A stretch of DNA of 64,000 bases, taken from assembly GCA_012842045.1 (NCBI GenBank), contig DUTP01000006.1, forward strand, positions 10,979 to 74,978, written 5' to 3'. The notes under the pieces were generated by a model that saw nothing but the letters and a program-made list of their open reading frames with translations, was not told where the DNA came from and searched no databases. A program made the translations under genes and the position numbers. The DNA comes from Candidatus Dojkabacteria bacterium. GTDB lineage: Bacteria; Patescibacteriota; Dojkabacteria; SC72. Positions 48,778 to 58,258 of the stretch are shown piece after piece (position 1 is the first letter of the stretch; the number at the start of each line of letters is the position of its first letter).

Positions 48778-51411
48778 ATGTCAAAGGATCAGTATCAGGG
48801 GGCATTAGATTCTATCTTCAATTTCATCTTTACAGAATCTAAGAAGCCTGCTAACAAGGTGAAACCGGTAAAAGTTACAGGTGTTGATGGTAGCAATGAA
48901 TTTATGGATGCAGTTGCAGCCGTGTTGGAGAACCCCTTACTTTTTGTTAATGATACTACCAAAAATGCATTTGAAGGTTTAATTAATCCAGACATAGCAA
49001 CTGTGGACCTAGGTCCTAATGAGAAAGTCAAGCTATCTCTGAAAGATGTTGGTAGTGTGTTAAAAGGAGATACCTCTTTTATAGATAAACAGCTTAAGAA
49101 ACTAGAAGCTAATCGTAAAAAAGGAACCCTAGAATGGGCAGGAGAAGAACTCTCGAATATAGTGGCAACAGCATGGGCTAAAGAACATGGTCTTGATATT
49201 ACAACCCGAGATGCCCTCATGAATATGTCTAAATCGGCAGATGCAGGCGGTCTTAGAGACTTAAATACCTCAGCTCTCAGTAAAGCCTTAGCAGAAGAAT
49301 TACTGGCCCGAGGAGTAAATTTCGATAATATGCAAGAAAGTGCTTTCAAGGCAGCCTTTGGAGAGAAAGAAGGAGGTCTCATCTACAGCTCTTTACAGAA
49401 GGTAGTAAAAGAATACAAAGAAGCACAAACCACTGGAAGAAGTACGAAGGAGATTTTAGATTCAATAGATAATAATCATTACACAATCCTCTATCCAGTC
49501 TTTCAGAGTAAATACATGGAAGAAAAGGCGGAGGAGGAAGAAGAGAAAGGAGATGAAGAGAAAGCCAAGTACTATCAACAAGCACAAAGAGCGATAGATA
49601 TATATACACAGGGCTCTCTTAGAGATAGATACCTCCAAAGAATGCAATTTAAACTTCAACAAGAAGAAAGAGAGATACGTGATTTATTAGCATCCGGCAA
49701 ACCAGTAAGCAGAGAGAGAATTAATAATATGAGAAGAGAAGCTAGTCGAATGCGGGCAGAGATCCGTATCTTAAAAGGTCATGATCTGGCTAGGAGATTT
49801 GGTAAATGGGAAGGACATTACAAATCAGTTAAAGGTTTGTATGAACAAACAACAGGAGGTCAACTCCTCCCTGCAATTCTAACAGGAGACTTCTTTGACC
49901 CTAGAAAGAATACAGTATGGGGTCTTCAACCTACTCAAGAGATGGATTTCAAGTATGGTAATTTTCTTGTAGATGATAAAGATGGTTTTATTAAGATTAA
50001 AATAGCTAAAATATATGATGAAGTAGAGGTAGATGAATCAGGCAAGGTTATAGAAGGTAAAGGTGTTAGAGGTCCTCTAGGAAGAAAGGTTAAAACCCTA
50101 AGAGTCCCCTCCAGAAGCCTAAGCAAAGCATACAATCAAATGATGACTGACATTTACTATCTAACTCCAGCAGTTCTTGTTAGAACTTTAGGTACAGGTG
50201 AAAGATTTGCATACAAGGCACATAGGCAAGTAGAAAACTTCTTGGATAAATATAAACATCTGTTTCCTAATCTAGACTTAGAAAAACTCTTCGGTCCTGA
50301 TGGTGAAAACTACCTTGTTACATTCTCCAACCTAGAAGATTTTGCTAAATTAGAAGAGTTCTTTAGGAAAAATAAAAGACTTAGAACACTGGCATATAAC
50401 TTTGGGGTTCTTGATAGGACTAAGAGAAAAATAACAAAATTTTTACGGGAAAAAATAGATCATTGGTTTGGAGCATTAAGAGGTTCTCTAGGTAATTGGT
50501 TACTTAAGAGAATACAGGGTCCAGGGGCTAAAAACCTGATAGAGCAATGGATGAAGAAAGGGGCATTTAAAGTACTGATAGAAGGTATAAAGATGAGTAT
50601 TAAGACAGCTCTTGGTATTACAACTTCTACATGGGGACTTATTGTTAGCTTTGTAATAGATAGGTTTGCTGATATAGCACGTAGCATAGGTGAGAAGGCA
50701 CTAAGTCCCATATTAAAAATTATTTTTACAGTGATAATCTTTACATTGGTGGGAATAATAGGTCTTGGAACCTTGTCTCTCACCTCTTTATATATGAATA
50801 CGAGAAATATGTATTCTCATGTAGCACCAAAGGATGTGATTGTAGGAGATGCTGATTTAGATATAGCATCTTCCTCTCCTTTGCCTTGGGATTGGGATGG
50901 TGACCTTGATGATATACCTGTTCCTGAAGATTGTAATCAAATATTTGAGTTTGCCGCTGGTATCTTAGGTATTTTTGATGTTCCTTTACAATGTACATCA
51001 TATTCGGATAGTACTTGGTGTATAGCTACAAGGAAAGCTATTCAGTGTGATTGTAGTAAGGTGTGTTCTTCGAATCCTCAAGCTGTTTTTTGGCTTGCTA
51101 CACACGAATATATTCATATCTTACAATATAGAGGACCTATAGGTTATGGGCCAAATCCCAAAATATCAGAATGGGGTGCTGACTATTTATCTAAGAATGG
51201 AGGTGCCTATATGTGTCAGTCTGAGTGGGGTTATCTGAGAGCTACAGAAATAGGGGAAGCTATTATGAATGCATATCCTGGTATTTGTACAAGAGCAGAA
51301 CTCAGATTTATAGCACTCCGACAAAAAGCATCTGGACCTTGTTATCGGTTACTTGATAGAGGGATCTCTTATTGTAAACTTGGTGATTGGATTGTTTATG
51401 GAAGTGGTTAA
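48778..51411 (+). CDS. Large membrane protein with a C-terminal Cys-rich HExxH metallopeptidase-like domain
   Basis: Long helical N-terminal region, TM near aa 645-675, then ATHEYIH...SEWGAD with 10 Cys. Confidence 0.65.
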   Translation: MSKDQYQGALDSIFNFIFTESKKPANKVKPVKVTGVDGSNEFMDAVAAVLENPLLFVNDTTKNAFEGLINPDIATVDLGPNEKVKLSLKDVGSVLKGDTSFIDKQLKKLEANRKKGTLEWAGEELSNIVATAWAKEHGLDITTRDALMNMSKSADAGGLRDLNTSALSKALAEELLARGVNFDNMQESAFKAAFGEKEGGLIYSSLQKVVKEYKEAQTTGRSTKEILDSIDNNHYTILYPVFQSKYMEEKAEEEEEKGDEEKAKYYQQAQRAIDIYTQGSLRDRYLQRMQFKLQQEEREIRDLLASGKPVSRERINNMRREASRMRAEIRILKGHDLARRFGKWEGHYKSVKGLYEQTTGGQLLPAILTGDFFDPRKNTVWGLQPTQEMDFKYGNFLVDDKDGFIKIKIAKIYDEVEVDESGKVIEGKGVRGPLGRKVKTLRVPSRSLSKAYNQMMTDIYYLTPAVLVRTLGTGERFAYKAHRQVENFLDKYKHLFPNLDLEKLFGPDGENYLVTFSNLEDFAKLEEFFRKNKRLRTLAYNFGVLDRTKRKITKFLREKIDHWFGALRGSLGNWLLKRIQGPGAKNLIEQWMKKGAFKVLIEGIKMSIKTALGITTSTWGLIVSFVIDRFADIARSIGEKALSPILKIIFTVIIFTLVGIIGLGTLSLTSLYMNTRNMYSHVAPKDVIVGDADLDIASSSPLPWDWDGDLDDIPVPEDCNQIFEFAAGILGIFDVPLQCTSYSDSTWCIATRKAIQCDCSKVCSSNPQAVFWLATHEYIHILQYRGPIGYGPNPKISEWGADYLSKNGGAYMCQSEWGYLRATEIGEAIMNAYPGICTRAELRFIALRQKASGPCYRLLDRGISYCKLGDWIVYGSG

Positions 51412-52405
51412 AAATTTTTTTAAAAAATATAAGAAGTATATTCTAATAGGTTTAGCTGTTGGTTTAACTGTTGGACTGATTGCTTTTTGGGAAGTTAAAT
51501 CTCGAAGTGAAATCGGAGCCGACCCCAAAAATAAAGAGCTTCTCTCTCCTTTTTGGGACTTATTAGATCATCCAACCTTGTCACTACCTTCTGATATTGT
51601 AATATATACGGAAGAAGAGATTCCTGTGTATGACATTCTGCCCTACAAAGGGAATGTTTTAAAGATAATTCAGAAGTTTGATGAAAATATAGAGATAACA
51701 TCTGACACTTCCAACCTTATAGAAACAGAAAACATCTTAGCCTCATATACTGAAAATGTGGGAGTTTTAGAGGTATATTTAAAAACCCATGCTTTCACAT
51801 TTACAGTGAAAAATAACCAGGATGTTTCTAATCTAATTAAAGGTATCTTTGGGTATGAAACAAATCAAGAAAGTATTGTCATGAAAAGGATAGAAGAAAA
51901 TATTATTTTTCAAGGGAGATACTTAGTAGAAAGCTCTTCGAAGGAAGAGTTTGGTTCTATGCAGATAGACTCTTACGCCTACAGAATTGAAACAGAAAAA
52001 GATGGTAGTGTTAAACGAATAGTTATATTGCTATACAATAACAACAGTATTAATACGTATTCAGTTTATCCTCCTGTAAGTATTAGGGAAGGACTTAAAA
52101 AAGGAAATGCCTACTATACAAAACCCCTATATCAGGATTTTGATAAAGAGGATTTTTCGGGGTTGGAATTTCTTAAATATTTTTCCAGAACAAAATCGGT
52201 TTCTGTTAGGAAGACTAGTAAAGTATATATTTTACCAGACTACAATTATTCCTATCTGTACCCAACATATGTTATAGAAGGGGATGCTAAATTAGAAGAC
52301 TTTCTTGGTAATTCTCATATTGGGGAATCGTTAATATATGTATTGGCAATAGATTCGCAATATCTCAAAAAGAGTGTAGAAGAACTCGAGCCTATCTCGA
52401 ATTAA
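51398..52405 (+). CDS. Membrane-anchored hypothetical protein
   Basis: KKYKKY plus TM, then a Tyr-rich beta domain. ATG 51398 overlaps the upstream gene's end. Confidence 0.65.
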   Translation: MEVVKNFFKKYKKYILIGLAVGLTVGLIAFWEVKSRSEIGADPKNKELLSPFWDLLDHPTLSLPSDIVIYTEEEIPVYDILPYKGNVLKIIQKFDENIEITSDTSNLIETENILASYTENVGVLEVYLKTHAFTFTVKNNQDVSNLIKGIFGYETNQESIVMKRIEENIIFQGRYLVESSSKEEFGSMQIDSYAYRIETEKDGSVKRIVILLYNNNSINTYSVYPPVSIREGLKKGNAYYTKPLYQDFDKEDFSGLEFLKYFSRTKSVSVRKTSKVYILPDYNYSYLYPTYVIEGDAKLEDFLGNSHIGESLIYVLAIDSQYLKKSVEELEPISN

Positions 52406-52536
52406 ACAAAATTTCGGAAAAAGACAGAGAATATACAGTACCAGCATTGGTTTTTCTGAATGCTATAGATCCGAAATACATTGAAACTGAAACAGAAAAG
52501 TAGAAAAATAAAAACATACAGTGTACAATCAAGTAT

Positions 52537-53712
52537 ATGAAATTATTTAAAAGAACAATAATTACTCTCTTACTATTTCTGCTCTCCACAACAGGTGCTT
52601 TCGCTCTTACGTCTTTTTCTGCTACAACTCTTCAATTTGACACGAGCCTAACTGAAGGAGCTGATCAGGTATATACAACTCCGGAGAAAATATATATATC
52701 ACAAATTACAACAAAGTCAGAACAGCTATCTCAAGACCCTGAACTTTGGGTTAAATCCCTCTACTATTACTATATCACTAGACTCTACATTCCTGACTTA
52801 CCATACACATATCTGCTTGATGAGAATGGAATAATATATCAGGGAAAAACAGGGGGACTAGGGGCTAATTTACAGGAAAATGATCTTGATAATGCTGTTT
52901 TAGTGGGGTACTTATCGAACACTCCTACTCTGACGGTAAGAGCAGAAACCTCTTTGATAGAGATGGTTGGTGAGATAGCTCATGCGTGGGGTATCTCAAC
53001 AGTTAAACCTGTAAAAGTAAATATTATAAAGGAAGAAAATAAAATGTCTGGGATAAAGATAACGGATGCTCCTTTTGAATTTACAACAGCTATTAACAAC
53101 CTTTTCAAGGATTGGAAGGGATACACAGAAGAAAACCTTAACTACAAAGCTACGATAGAGGAGGTCATTGCGCCTATGGAGTCTGAAATAGGTAGTAGAG
53201 TGACAGTAAAAGTGAAAATTACAAATGAGAATGACTTTCCATGGTTTACCGATAGAGATCCAATATATGTTTCTACAAAAGATGGAAAGGAAAGTTCCCT
53301 TGCTATAAATCAACTCTGGCCTAGTTTTAGTAAACCAGTAGAGATATCTGATAGAAGTATAAAGCCAAAAGAGACATTTGAAATTGGCTTCGAGATTGAA
53401 GCAAAAGTTCTTACAGGAGAAGTCTTCCAGACCTTTGTTTTACAAAAAGTAGATGGGGAGCCATTTGAAGGCTCAGAGTTTGAGGTGAAGTTCGATGTTG
53501 TGAAAGGTGATAAGACTCTTGTACAGGTAGTATCCCCAGAGTTTGGGTTTGTAAATGTTCGTAAATGTAGATGGGCAAGTTGTGAGATTTTAGATAGCCC
53601 AAAGGAAGGCACCATATTCATTCTCTTGGGTGAAGAAGCAGGTTGGTACAAGATACAATATGCACCTGGAGTAGAAGGGTGGGCAATGCTTAGATATTTT
53701 AAGAAAATATAA
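52537..53712 (+). CDS. Secreted protein: amidase_2/PGRP-like domain (degenerate) + NBR1-type Ig-like + SH3b
   Basis: Signal peptide; DLPYTYLLDENGIIYQG; VKVKITN...W...IKPKET; VNVR...GWYKIQY..GVEGW. Confidence 0.7.
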   Translation: MKLFKRTIITLLLFLLSTTGAFALTSFSATTLQFDTSLTEGADQVYTTPEKIYISQITTKSEQLSQDPELWVKSLYYYYITRLYIPDLPYTYLLDENGIIYQGKTGGLGANLQENDLDNAVLVGYLSNTPTLTVRAETSLIEMVGEIAHAWGISTVKPVKVNIIKEENKMSGIKITDAPFEFTTAINNLFKDWKGYTEENLNYKATIEEVIAPMESEIGSRVTVKVKITNENDFPWFTDRDPIYVSTKDGKESSLAINQLWPSFSKPVEISDRSIKPKETFEIGFEIEAKVLTGEVFQTFVLQKVDGEPFEGSEFEVKFDVVKGDKTLVQVVSPEFGFVNVRKCRWASCEILDSPKEGTIFILLGEEAGWYKIQYAPGVEGWAMLRYFKKI

Positions 53713-53725
53713 ATATTCAGTAGAA

Positions 53726-55732
53726 ATGGTTACCAATGATATTCTTAAGGGGTTAAATCCCCAACAAAAGAAAGCTGTTATGTGTACAGAAGGACCACTT
53801 CTAGTTTTTGCTGGTGCAGGGTCTGGGAAGACCAGAGTGATTACAAACAGAATTGCATATTTAGTTAGTGATAAAAACGTATCACCAACCAATATTCTTG
53901 CTGTTACGTTTACTAAAAAAGCAGCAGGAGAAATGCAGGAAAGAGTTGAAGAAATACTGAAAGATATTGGAATGCTTAAGAAAGGGGTTCCTACAATTGG
54001 GACATTCCATTCTATTGGAGCAATGATATTAAGACAAAATGCTAAAGCAGTTGGTTTAGATAATAACTTCTCTATTTATGACTCAGATGATTCTGATAAT
54101 ATGATAAAAGATTTATTAATAGAAAGAGATATTGATATAAAACAGATAAAACCTAAATCAGTATCATACTTAATTAGTAATGCTAAAAATCAGATGATTT
54201 CCCCTGAAAATTTCTCTAACTACTTCTACGGTTTTATTGAAGATACAGTTGCTGAAATCTATCCTCTCTATCAAAAACAACTTCAAGCTCAAAATGCTGT
54301 AGACTTTGGAGATTTACTCTATCTAACAGTTAAACTTTTACAAGAAAATGAAGATATTAAGGAAAAGTATCAGGATAAATACAAATATCTATTAATAGAT
54401 GAATACCAAGACACAAATGAAGTGCAATACAAATTTGCAAAACTACTCTCTGAAAAACATCAAAACATATGTGTAGTAGGCGATGATGACCAAGGAATAT
54501 ATGCATGGAGGGGTGCAAATATCAAAAATATACAATCATTTGAAGATGATTTTGAAAAGGTAAATGTTGTTAAACTTGAACAAAACTACAGATCTACTAA
54601 GAATGTAATACAAGCTGCAATAAGTGTAATACAACAAAATAATAGTAGGGTGGACAAAGTTCTTTGGACAGACAATAGTGAAGGAGAAAAAATCACAATA
54701 TATCAAGCTATGGATCAAGAAGATGAAGCTGAATATGTTGTAAATAATGCAAAACTTCTCCAACAAAGGGGTGTTCCTTTAAAGAATATGGCTGTACTAT
54801 ACAGAACAAACTATCAATCAAGAGCAATAGAAGAAGCTCTACTTAAATTAGGACTCCCTTACAAATTAGTAGGAGGATTTAGATTCTATGAAAGGAAAGA
54901 AATTAAAGATATCATTAGTTATCTCAGATTCTGCTTTAACCAGAAAGATGAATTAAGTCTAGATAGAATATTGAATACTCCACCAAGAAAGATAGGTCCA
55001 AAAGCTAAGGCAGAGCTATATTCATTCGCGAAAGAAGCAGGTTTAACTTTAGGCGAGTTTATCATAGGTGCATATCTTGTTGATAATAAAGAATTCATAG
55101 AGAAAGTAAACATAGAGGAAGGAAAAACAATAGAGATTGGGGAGATTAAAGAGAAGTGGAGTAAGTATCAATCTGTTATTACTCTGTTTGGTAACCTTTT
55201 CTTCTTTGCGAAAAGTACAAATCTTTTACAATTGATAGATACCATAGTAGAAAGAACTGGATATATACAATGGTTTGATGATGGTACAGAAGAGGCTCTA
55301 ATGAAGAAAGAGAATATAATGGAGTTAAAAAGTGTGGCATCGTCATATTCAAGTAAATATGGAGAGAAAAGTTTAGAGGTATTTCTAAATGAAATTAATC
55401 TGATAGAACAAGAACAGGATAAAAACCAAGATGGAACTGGTAATTATATTAATCTAATGACACTACACTCATCAAAAGGTCTTGAATTTGACTATGTATT
55501 TATGGTTGGAGTTGAAGAAGGTTTATTACCACACTCAAGGTCATTTTTAGAAGAAGATGATTTGGAAGAAGAGAGAAGGTTGTGTTATGTAGGGATTACA
55601 AGAGCAAAACAGAAGTTATTTATCTCATTTGCAGAAAAAAGGATAACTAGAGAAGGATTCTCGTCGCAAATACCGTCAAGATTCTTAGGGGAAATACCAC
55701 AAGATATTTGTGAATATTATAGTTACAAATAA
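53726..55732 (+). CDS. pcrA: ATP-dependent DNA helicase UvrD/PcrA
   Basis: AGAGSGKT, TFTKKAA, DEYQDTN, VGDDDQ, LEQNYRST, TLHSSKGLEF, EERRLCYVGITRA. Confidence 0.95.
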   Translation: MVTNDILKGLNPQQKKAVMCTEGPLLVFAGAGSGKTRVITNRIAYLVSDKNVSPTNILAVTFTKKAAGEMQERVEEILKDIGMLKKGVPTIGTFHSIGAMILRQNAKAVGLDNNFSIYDSDDSDNMIKDLLIERDIDIKQIKPKSVSYLISNAKNQMISPENFSNYFYGFIEDTVAEIYPLYQKQLQAQNAVDFGDLLYLTVKLLQENEDIKEKYQDKYKYLLIDEYQDTNEVQYKFAKLLSEKHQNICVVGDDDQGIYAWRGANIKNIQSFEDDFEKVNVVKLEQNYRSTKNVIQAAISVIQQNNSRVDKVLWTDNSEGEKITIYQAMDQEDEAEYVVNNAKLLQQRGVPLKNMAVLYRTNYQSRAIEEALLKLGLPYKLVGGFRFYERKEIKDIISYLRFCFNQKDELSLDRILNTPPRKIGPKAKAELYSFAKEAGLTLGEFIIGAYLVDNKEFIEKVNIEEGKTIEIGEIKEKWSKYQSVITLFGNLFFFAKSTNLLQLIDTIVERTGYIQWFDDGTEEALMKKENIMELKSVASSYSSKYGEKSLEVFLNEINLIEQEQDKNQDGTGNYINLMTLHSSKGLEFDYVFMVGVEEGLLPHSRSFLEEDDLEEERRLCYVGITRAKQKLFISFAEKRITREGFSSQIPSRFLGEIPQDICEYYSYK

Positions 55733-56673
55733 CCACATACATATCTGTGGCTAAGTTCTTTTTTGTAAGTATTGACATACTGTTTGTAAACACCTGGCCA
55801 CATCTTTGCAGGATCAGCGCATCCTCTTATTTTTTCTAATGTTCTCTTGATTTGTGCGTGTCCTTCAAAAATATTATCTGTGGGATATTGTTTGTACCAT
55901 AAACATGGATTCCACTGGAAAAGTCCTTTGTGGAAGCCCTTGTTTCTTTCTGCATTACAACCAGATTCTTTTTCCATTGTAAATTTCAGCCATTCCTTTT
56001 CCTCTTCTGTTGCATTAATCTTGTCAACTTCTGATTTCCAATATGGACAATTGAATCCAATCTGAGGAACAGAGTCTGGAGGATGTATACCACCAGAGAG
56101 AGAAATAATCTCTTTTACAGGTTGTTTAATAATCTCTTCACTTACAACTTTTTCAGAAATATATTCTCCATCGAGAAAATATTTTTCAATTGTTTGCACT
56201 TTTCTTCCTGTCTCGCCTTTTTGTGCAATTCTCTTTTCAGTCATACTTGCACATAGGGATTCTCCTTCTGTAACAGTCTCAAATGGGACAGTCACAAAAA
56301 CCTGAGAAATCTCTGTTACATATGTCTGAATTGTAATATAGCTCTCTTTGTATAATCTATCTATCGGAGAATTAGATAGAATTCTATTCTTACTCCCAAG
56401 AGGATATCCGAGCTCTAGAAGAGTTTCTGTAGTACTGATGCCTCTTGTTAAATATGTGACAATATCCGAATTGTAAGAAACAGTCATAACTTTGATCCTA
56501 CCATCAGAGGTATCTTGAATACCAAGAACATCCATAAGAGCTTCTCTGTTTTCTCTCTCTACTTCCGTAAATACATCTCTGTATATATCTCCGAAATGTT
56601 TGGTACTTACAGTATTTGCAAACCAAAACATGATAAGAAACAGCAATAAATAGAATACCTTTTTTCTAGACAT
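55723..56673 (-). CDS. G5-domain protein with a lysozyme-like (Rpf/SLT) C-terminal domain
   Basis: TM, DVLGI, G5 pattern VPFET...QKGETG...QPVKEII, then KESGCN...GLFQW. ATG 56673 is preferred over 56703. Confidence 0.8.
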   Translation of the reverse strand: MSRKKVFYLLLFLIMFWFANTVSTKHFGDIYRDVFTEVERENREALMDVLGIQDTSDGRIKVMTVSYNSDIVTYLTRGISTTETLLELGYPLGSKNRILSNSPIDRLYKESYITIQTYVTEISQVFVTVPFETVTEGESLCASMTEKRIAQKGETGRKVQTIEKYFLDGEYISEKVVSEEIIKQPVKEIISLSGGIHPPDSVPQIGFNCPYWKSEVDKINATEEEKEWLKFTMEKESGCNAERNKGFHKGLFQWNPCLWYKQYPTDNIFEGHAQIKRTLEKIRGCADPAKMWPGVYKQYVNTYKKELSHRYVCGYL

Positions 56674-56737
56674 AGTAATCAATTCTATCATACAAAAAAA
56701 CATTTGACATAAATATCTTCCTCATCTATATTCAATT

Positions 56738-58186
56738 ATGCGAAAAAATGTAAAAAAGTTCCTTCCATGGCTAATTCTCTTAACGATACTTGTTGGTGCA
56801 GTCATATGGTATATATTAGACAGGAGGGTTTCGGATACACAGCAACAAGCATATGGAGAGAAGATAAAGGAAGCTGAACTGAATCTAAATGGTAAAAATT
56901 ATTCAACAGCATTAAACAAATATTATGATGCAACGGAGATCATTCCTCATGAACTTAAAGCCTATTCTGGCATTGTAAATGCTCTTCTTCTTAAAAACAG
57001 AAAAGAAGATGCTCTCGCAATAACTAGAGAAGCTACAAGAGCTCTTTCGTCAAATCAGAGATCAAACCTCTATTTATCTATAGGGGATGTGTACTTTGAA
57101 GAAGGAAACTATGAAAAAGCAAAAGAAGTTTATCAAGAAGGTTTAAGTTTAGGTGTTACAAATCCTGCGCTAGAATTAGCATTAGGGAAGTCTCTTCTTA
57201 ATGTAGGAATGTTCAAAGAAGGTAGAAGATTAATAGAAGAAAATCAATATACAGGGGAAGAAGAAATAGAGGCTAATCTAATTCTCTCATATATCTATGC
57301 AATTGAAGGTATAGATAAAGCAAAAAAGCAGATTAGTGCTGTTACTCCATCTGAGAGGTGGAATCACTTCTATGATGAATTTGATACAACTTTGAAATCA
57401 TTAGATCAAGATCTTAAATTTAATGTTGTAAAACTTGCTAGAGTATATATTAATAGTGGATATCCTTACCTTGCGATACAGGTATTACAGAAGGATGGTG
57501 TTGATATTTCACAATACTTAGAGGGGAAATATTTCTTAGGAAGAGCTTATCTAGATGCTGGTCAGTATGACAAGGCAATAACGGAGTTGGATGCTGCACT
57601 AAGTCTTGGAGGTATGGAATCTGAAATTTTCTGGACAAAAGCTAGGGCTTCATATGCTAAAAATGATTTAGAGGCTAGCATTACAAACTATTCTAGAGCT
57701 ATTGATAGTGCGGGAAAACAGATTCCTGAAGATTTGCTCAAAGAATATGTACATATGTTGTTAGATAACAAACAGAATCTTAAAGCTTCAGAGGTGATTA
57801 AACTGTCTTTAATATCGTCTGAAGAAGCATATATTTACTTATTAGGATTAGAGGTTAGTTCTACTCTCTCTGAAGCAGCAAAGATAGAATATTATATGAA
57901 TCAATTAACCAAATTTGAATTGACAGAGGATCAAGAAAAAGAATACCTCTATTGGCAAGCAAAACTATTTATAGAAAAAGGAGAGGTTGAAAATGCGAAA
58001 GTTACTTTAGAAAAATTATTATCATTAGACAAGTTTAATCCTAAATACCACTTTTTGTTAAGTAAAGTGAAAATTAAGGAAACTGATGTGGAAGGGGCTA
58101 AAATGTCATTAGAAAAGTGCATCGAGTGTGATTTGGATAATGTGGTAACAGAAGAAGCTCTCCAGTTATTGTCTAATCTTAAATAG
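56738..58186 (+). CDS. Membrane-anchored tetratricopeptide repeat protein
   Basis: N-terminal TM and repeated TPR patterns (IGDVYFEEGNYEKA, LGRAYLDAGQYDKA). Confidence 0.85.
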   Translation: MRKNVKKFLPWLILLTILVGAVIWYILDRRVSDTQQQAYGEKIKEAELNLNGKNYSTALNKYYDATEIIPHELKAYSGIVNALLLKNRKEDALAITREATRALSSNQRSNLYLSIGDVYFEEGNYEKAKEVYQEGLSLGVTNPALELALGKSLLNVGMFKEGRRLIEENQYTGEEEIEANLILSYIYAIEGIDKAKKQISAVTPSERWNHFYDEFDTTLKSLDQDLKFNVVKLARVYINSGYPYLAIQVLQKDGVDISQYLEGKYFLGRAYLDAGQYDKAITELDAALSLGGMESEIFWTKARASYAKNDLEASITNYSRAIDSAGKQIPEDLLKEYVHMLLDNKQNLKASEVIKLSLISSEEAYIYLLGLEVSSTLSEAAKIEYYMNQLTKFELTEDQEKEYLYWQAKLFIEKGEVENAKVTLEKLLSLDKFNPKYHFLLSKVKIKETDVEGAKMSLEKCIECDLDNVVTEEALQLLSNLK

Positions 58187-58258
58187 TTTTGTATAATCGC
58201 CATTGCGAAGGTAGTTTATTCCCCTTCATTTAATATGCTAATTTAATTACAATTTAAT

